Assembly (NCBI GenBank): GCA_041497595.1
Contig: JBGQGT010000001.1
Coordinates: 1 to 27,901, forward strand
Length of the DNA: 27,901 nt
Direction of reading: 5' to 3'
Source of the DNA: Gammaproteobacteria bacterium
GTDB lineage: Bacteria > Pseudomonadota > Gammaproteobacteria > Burkholderiales > JACQAP01
Shown here piece by piece: positions 22,900-27,901 of this stretch (the first letter of the stretch is position 1; each line of letters opens with the position of its first letter). Position numbers and translations under genes: made by a program. The notes below the pieces were generated by a model. It did not search any database. It worked only from the letters and a program-made list of their open reading frames with translations, and had not been told where the DNA came from.

Positions 22900-23208
22900 A
22901 TGGCAACGGGAACTCGCGACAGCACGCTTCTGGAGGCCGAGAAAAGCAAGGTCAAGCCCCCGCCCCTGTTCAAAGTCCTGCTGTTGAACGACGACTACAC
23001 ACCCATGGACTTCGTGGTCTCCGTTCTCCAGACGTTTTTTTCGATGACGCGAGAACAGGCGACCCAGATCATGCTCAAAGTACACAGGGAGGGCATGGGC
23101 GTGTGCGGGGTGTATCCTAAGGATGTGGCCGCCACCAAGGTCGAGCAGGTCATCGCTTTTTCGAGGCAGCATCAGCATCCGCTTCAATGCGTGATGGAGG
23201 AAACATGA
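22900..23208 (+). CDS. clpS: ATP-dependent Clp protease adaptor ClpS
   Basis: [36 protein letters not shown]; stop overlaps the clpA start. Confidence 0.97.
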   Translation: MATGTRDSTLLEAEKSKVKPPPLFKVLLLNDDYTPMDFVVSVLQTFFSMTREQATQIMLKVHREGMGVCGVYPKDVAATKVEQVIAFSRQHQHPLQCVMEET

Positions 23209-25469
23209 TTGCGCAGGAGTTAGAAGTCAGTCTGCACATGGCGTTCATGGAAGCACGGCAGAAGCGCCACGAATTCATCACCGTGGAGCACCTGCTGCTC
23301 GCCATGCTGGACAATCCGTCCGCCGCGGAGGTCCTGCGCGCATGCGCCGCCAACGTCGAGGAACTGAGAAAGCTCCTGAACGACTTCATCAACGAACATA
23401 CCCCGGTGGTGAGCGGCGAAGAAATCGACACCCAGCCTACGCTCGGCTTCCAGCGAGTGATCCAGCGCGCGATCCTGCATGTGCAGTCTTCGGGCAAGAA
23501 AGAGGTGACTGGTGCCAACGTACTGGTGGCGATCTTTGGCGAGAAAGACTCGCATGCGGTGTACTTCCTGCACCAGAAGGGCGTAACGCGCCTGGACATT
23601 GTGAACTTCATCTCCCATGGCATCACCAAGGTGCCGCAGGCGGCTCCCGCCAAGCAGCAACCGGAGGCGGACGCCGATTCCGAGCAGGAGCAGACTTCGG
23701 GGGGCGCGCTCGAGAGCTACACCATGAACCTGAACGCGCTCGCCATCTCCGGCAAGATCGATCCGCTGATCGGCCGGGAACGCGAACTCGAGCGCGTGAT
23801 CCAGACGCTGTGCCGCCGGCGCAAAAACAATCCGCTTCTGGTGGGCGAGGCCGGGGTGGGAAAGACCGCGATCGCCGAGGGATTGGCGCGCCGCATCATC
23901 GAGGGCAGCGTGCCCGAGATCCTGTCGCGCTGCCAGGTCTACGCGCTCGACATGGGTGCGCTGCTGGCCGGCACCAAGTACCGTGGCGACTTCGAGCAAC
24001 GGCTGAAAGCGGTGCTCAAGCAGCTTACCGACAACCCCAACGCGATCCTGTTCATCGACGAGATCCACACGCTGATCGGCGCCGGTGCGGCCTCCGGCGG
24101 GACGCTGGACGCCTCCAATCTGCTCAAGCCGGCGCTGGCGTCCGGGAGCCTGAAGTGCATAGGTGCCACGACCTACACCGAGTTCCGCGGCATTTTCGAA
24201 AAAGACCACGCGCTGTCGCGACGTTTCCAGAAGATCGACGTGACCGAACCATCGGTCGCGGAAACCGTCGAGATCCTGCGTGGTCTGAAGACGCGTTTCG
24301 AGGCACACCACGGGGTCAAGTACACCGCCTCGGCGCTCACCTCGGCGGCGGAGCTGTCCGCGCGCTTCATCAATGATCGCCATTTGCCCGACAAGGCCAT
24401 CGACGTGATCGACGAGGCCGGCGCGGCGCAGCGCATCTTGCCCAAGTCCAAGCAGAAGCGCGTCATCAGCAAACACGAGATCGAGGAGATCATCGCCAAG
24501 ATCGCGCGTGTGCCGGCGCAGAGCGTTTCTTCCACCGATCGCAGCAAGTTGCAGAACCTCGACCGCGACCTGAAAGCGGTGGTATTCGGCCAGGAGAAAG
24601 CGATCGACGCGTTGGCGGCTTCGATCAAGATGTCGAGAAGCGGCCTGGGCAATCCGCAGAAACCGATCGGCTGCTTCCTGTTCAGCGGCCCCACCGGGGT
24701 GGGCAAGACCGAAGTGGCGCGCCAACTCGCCTATACCATGGGTGTGGAACTGATCCGCTTCGACATGTCCGAGTACATGGAAAGGCATGCGGTGTCACGC
24801 CTGATTGGCGCGCCGCCCGGTTACGTCGGTTTCGACCAGGGCGGGCTGCTCACCGAGGCGATCACCAAGCATCCGTACTCGGTGCTGCTGCTCGACGAGA
24901 TCGAGAAGGCGCACCCGGACATTTTCAATATCCTGCTGCAGGTGATGGACCACGGCACGCTCACCGACAACAACGGGCGCAAGGCGGACTTTCGCAATAC
25001 CGTGATCGTCATGACCACCAACGCAGGCGCCTCGGAGCTGTCGAAGACATCGATGGGATTCACCCAGCAGGTGGTTGCCGGAGACGAAATGGCGGAGATC
25101 AAGCGCATGTTCACGCCGGAATTCCGCAACCGGCTGGATGCCGCCATTTCCTTCTCGGCGCTGTCCCACGACATCATCATCAAGGTGGTGGACAAATTTC
25201 TCATGCAACTCGAGGAGCAATTGCACGAGAAGAAAGTGGAAGTGGCCTTCACCGATGCCCTCAAGGCCTATCTCGCCAAGAAAGGCTTTGATCCGCTGAT
25301 GGGCGCGCGGCCCATGTCGCGGCTGATTCAGGATACGATACGTACTGCGCTGGCCGACGAGCTTCTGTTCGGACGCCTCGCGAGCGGCGGCAAGGTTACG
25401 GTCGACGTGGATGCCGAAGGCAAGACCAGGCTGCTTTTCGACGAAGCCAAGGAAGAAAGCCTCGCCTGA
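23205..25469 (+). CDS. clpA: ATP-dependent Clp protease ATP-binding subunit ClpA
   Basis: [22 protein letters not shown], Walker A GEAGVGKT and [42 protein letters not shown]. Confidence 0.97.
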   Translation: MIAQELEVSLHMAFMEARQKRHEFITVEHLLLAMLDNPSAAEVLRACAANVEELRKLLNDFINEHTPVVSGEEIDTQPTLGFQRVIQRAILHVQSSGKKEVTGANVLVAIFGEKDSHAVYFLHQKGVTRLDIVNFISHGITKVPQAAPAKQQPEADADSEQEQTSGGALESYTMNLNALAISGKIDPLIGRERELERVIQTLCRRRKNNPLLVGEAGVGKTAIAEGLARRIIEGSVPEILSRCQVYALDMGALLAGTKYRGDFEQRLKAVLKQLTDNPNAILFIDEIHTLIGAGAASGGTLDASNLLKPALASGSLKCIGATTYTEFRGIFEKDHALSRRFQKIDVTEPSVAETVEILRGLKTRFEAHHGVKYTASALTSAAELSARFINDRHLPDKAIDVIDEAGAAQRILPKSKQKRVISKHEIEEIIAKIARVPAQSVSSTDRSKLQNLDRDLKAVVFGQEKAIDALAASIKMSRSGLGNPQKPIGCFLFSGPTGVGKTEVARQLAYTMGVELIRFDMSEYMERHAVSRLIGAPPGYVGFDQGGLLTEAITKHPYSVLLLDEIEKAHPDIFNILLQVMDHGTLTDNNGRKADFRNTVIVMTTNAGASELSKTSMGFTQQVVAGDEMAEIKRMFTPEFRNRLDAAISFSALSHDIIIKVVDKFLMQLEEQLHEKKVEVAFTDALKAYLAKKGFDPLMGARPMSRLIQDTIRTALADELLFGRLASGGKVTVDVDAEGKTRLLFDEAKEESLA

Positions 25470-25492
25470 ACGAACGCAATGACGCAACCCGA

Positions 25493-25520
25493 GCCGGACC
25501 CGCGAGGTCCGGTTTTTTTT
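25493..25520 (+). terminator. Rho-independent terminator after clpA
   Basis: CCGGACC-cgcga-GGTCCGG followed by T8. Confidence 0.88.
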
Positions 25521-25644
25521 CTGGGAATCCGGGCCGCACTCGGGCGCACCGGCAGGGTTGCGCCGCCTTTCGGCCGCGAGTAACGTGTATGCGAATGGAC
25601 CGCACACGGCGTTGTAGTCACGCGTTTTGATTAGGAGAACGGCA

Positions 25645-25956
25645 ATGATCAGGGCAGGCATCACATTCGCGGCGCTGCTGCTCGCCGGAGCGAGCGTTCC
25701 GACGCTCGCGGCAGACAAAAACGTCAACGGGCGCAATTGGGCTGCAACCTGCACCGGCTGTCATGGCACCAACGGCCATAGCGAGGGCGGCATGCCGTTG
25801 CTGGCCGGGTTGGACAAGGCGTACATCGTGAATGCCATGAAGGAGTTCAAGGCCGGAACAAGGACGGCAACCGTCATGCATCAGCACGCCAAGGGCTACT
25901 CGGACGAACAGATCGAGCGAATCGCGGAGTACTTCGCTGCGCAACCACTGAAGTGA
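25645..25956 (+). CDS. fccA: Monoheme cytochrome c subunit of flavocytochrome c sulfide dehydrogenase
   Basis: AGGAGA SD, Sec signal, single CTGCH, distal ATVMHQHAKGY; immediately upstream of fccB. Confidence 0.85.
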   Translation: MIRAGITFAALLLAGASVPTLAADKNVNGRNWAATCTGCHGTNGHSEGGMPLLAGLDKAYIVNAMKEFKAGTRTATVMHQHAKGYSDEQIERIAEYFAAQPLK

Positions 25957-25981
25957 AGCCCGGGAGCCGAGGAGAGGGAAA

Positions 25982-27259
25982 ATGGCTTTGACACGTCGCG
26001 ATTTCGTAAAGTGGTTGTCGGTCTCGGCTGCATTATCCGGAAGCATCGGTTGCGCGACCGCCACGACATCCAGGACCGTGGGCAGGGTGGTGGTAATTGG
26101 AGGCGGCTACGCCGGTGCGACCGCCGCCAAGTATGTGCGCATGTGGGGGCCGGATATCGAGGTCATTCTGGTCGAGCGGGACGCGGAGTTCGTTTCCTGC
26201 CCGCTTTCGAACCGCGTGCTTGCCGGCGTCATCCAGTTGAAGGACCTCACCCGCGACTATGGCAAGCTTCAGGCCAAGTATGGCGTGAAGCTGATCCGCG
26301 ACGAGGCAACGGCGATCGATCCGGTCGCGCAGGAAGTGCGATTGGGGAAAGGCGGTACGCTCAAGTACGATCGCCTGATGGTGGCGCCGGGAGTGGACAT
26401 TCTCTACAACGAGGTGCCCGGCTTGGATACGCCCCAGGCGCAGGCGCGGGTGCTGCATGCCTGGAAGGCCGGGCCGCAGACTGTGGCGCTGCGCAAGCAA
26501 CTGGAGGCCATGGCGGACGGCGGCGTGTACGCAATGACGATTCCCAAAGCTCCGTACCGCTGCCCGCCGGGACCGTACGAACGCGCCTGCCAGGTGGCGT
26601 GGTACTTCAAGACCAGCAAGCCGAAATCCAAGGTCCTCATCCTCGACGCCAATGAGGACGTGGTGTCGAAGAAGGCGCTGTTCATGAAGGCGTGGAGCGA
26701 GCGCTACGCCGGGATCATCGAGTACCGACCGAACAGCGAACTCTCCGGAGTGAATGCGGCCGCCTTGACGGCGAAACTCGCATTCGAAGAGGTCAAGGCC
26801 GATGTGTTGAACGTGGTCCCACCCCAGCGTGCCGGTAAGATTGCCTTAGACGCCGGGTTGATCACCGCGAACAACAGGTGGTGCGGTGTGGATTTTCTGA
26901 CATATGAGTCATCGACCGTGAAGAACGTGCACGTACTCGGTGATGCCATCATGGCCGCGCCGCAGATGCCCAAGTCCGGGCACATGGCGAACCAGCACGC
27001 GAAGGTCTGCGCCGCCGCAGTGGTGGCGCTGATGCACGGTGAAGCGGTTAATACTCAGCCGCTGGTCACCAACACCTGCTACAGCTTTGTGAGCGACAAG
27101 GAAGTCATCCATGTTGCTTCCGTGCATGCCTATGTCCCGGAGAAGAAAACCATGGAGATCGTCCCGGGAGGCAGCGGTGTGTCTGCAGCGGCGAGCGAAC
27201 TGGAAGGCCAGTACGCGGAAGCCTGGGGCAGGAATATCTGGTCCGACATGCTCGGCTGA
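25982..27259 (+). CDS. fccB: Flavocytochrome c sulfide dehydrogenase flavoprotein subunit (FccB/SoxF family)
   Basis: Tat motif TRRDFVK, GGGYAG FAD loop, SCPLSN (FAD-linked Cys position), YRCPPGPYERA, MPKSG, NTCYS. Confidence 0.92.
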   Translation: MALTRRDFVKWLSVSAALSGSIGCATATTSRTVGRVVVIGGGYAGATAAKYVRMWGPDIEVILVERDAEFVSCPLSNRVLAGVIQLKDLTRDYGKLQAKYGVKLIRDEATAIDPVAQEVRLGKGGTLKYDRLMVAPGVDILYNEVPGLDTPQAQARVLHAWKAGPQTVALRKQLEAMADGGVYAMTIPKAPYRCPPGPYERACQVAWYFKTSKPKSKVLILDANEDVVSKKALFMKAWSERYAGIIEYRPNSELSGVNAAALTAKLAFEEVKADVLNVVPPQRAGKIALDAGLITANNRWCGVDFLTYESSTVKNVHVLGDAIMAAPQMPKSGHMANQHAKVCAAAVVALMHGEAVNTQPLVTNTCYSFVSDKEVIHVASVHAYVPEKKTMEIVPGGSGVSAAASELEGQYAEAWGRNIWSDMLG

Positions 27260-27305
27260 CGCATGTTTGTGGAGGTACACGAACGGGCGGCAAAGCCGCC
27301 CGTTT

Positions 27306-27686
27306 TTATTTCCGATCGTGATCGCGACTTGGAGGGATCAGAACGAACGATGCAGCGACCGCCAATGCGAACAAGAGGTACAGTGTCAGGAACACCCATG
27401 CGGGAAAATCGTAGTAAAGGATGCGGTGAAGCCAGTGGGCGACGAATCCGCTTTCCGCAGGGCGGCCGCGCAACTGATCCTCCCGGACGGTGAGCGGACA
27501 GGCGACACCGATAAACGCTTCGGCGCAAACGAAGAGGATCGTCGCCATGTGCAGTACGCGAAAGACAAAATTGCGAACGAATCGCCAACCGCACAAGGCG
27601 CCGATGCAGATGAACGCCAAGCCGCCGACCACGAACGCCACGAACATGGCGTGGATCAGGAGAACGACGTCGGCGGGCCCGCTCAC
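27306..27686 (-). CDS. DUF2784-like membrane protein
   Basis: ADVVLLIHAMFVAFVVGG, FRVLH, CPLT, LLYY-like ILYYDFP, recalled as DUF2784 motifs. Confidence 0.7.
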   Translation of the reverse strand: MSGPADVVLLIHAMFVAFVVGGLAFICIGALCGWRFVRNFVFRVLHMATILFVCAEAFIGVACPLTVREDQLRGRPAESGFVAHWLHRILYYDFPAWVFLTLYLLFALAVAASFVLIPPSRDHDRK

Positions 27687-27704
27687 GCTGCCGGGTGACG
27701 ACCT

Positions 27705-27901
27705 CTAGCTGGCCACAGGGCGCGATGGATCGGCGATCCACTCGCTCCACGAACCGGGATAAAGCCGGGCGCCCTTGATGCCGGCTATTTCCATCGCCAG
27801 CAGATTGTGGCAGGCAGACACGCCCGAGCCGCACTGATGCACCACTTTTTCCGGTGACGCATCGCCGACCAGCGATTTGAAATCGGCGCGCAGTTCCTCC
27901 G
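27705..27901 (-). CDS. sseA: 3' end of an SseA/3-mercaptopyruvate-type sulfurtransferase (rhodanese family); 5' part outside the window
   Basis: Hand translation EELRADFKSLVGDASPEKVVHQCGSGVSACHNLLAMEIAGIKGARLYPGSWSEWIADPSRPVAS*; active-site CGSGVSA and the LYxGSWxEW signature. Confidence 0.88.
   Translation of the reverse strand, partial: EELRADFKSLVGDASPEKVVHQCGSGVSACHNLLAMEIAGIKGARLYPGSWSEWIADPSRPVAS

Noticed and set aside
25530-25550. GG-N10-GC spacing upstream of fccA as a sigma54 promoter
   Set aside because: It lacks the TGGCAC/TTGC context, and such spacing is frequent by chance in GC-rich DNA.

Overview
A GC-rich, mostly core-genome window, most likely from a betaproteobacterium (inferred from gene order and protein style). 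In order it holds: a glrK-qseG-glrR-like signalling operon (glrR runs off the left edge and is missing from the ORF track); a 2-hydroxyacid dehydrogenase/hydratase pair behind tRNA-Leu(CAA); queA-tgt-yajC-secD-secF-dedA; purB; a UDG-like gene; marC-nudJ-mnmA; two tiny exported proteins; rluE; an intact malate synthase (aceB) beside a multiply broken isocitrate lyase pseudogene (aceA); icd; cspD/clpS-clpA; flavocytochrome c sulfide dehydrogenase (fccAB); DUF2784; and the 3' end of an SseA-type sulfurtransferase. I saw no transposase, integrase, prophage or CRISPR array. Best leads: (1) two tandem ~60-aa exported Ala/Lys/Pro-rich proteins, one Asr-like, with near-identical terminators and a shared 14-bp upstream box resembling the E. 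coli RstA box; (2) decay of aceA with aceB retained; (3) a duplicated 5' fragment of tRNA-Leu in its own leader; (4) a likely leaderless queA. All family calls come from motif recognition by eye, with no database searches.
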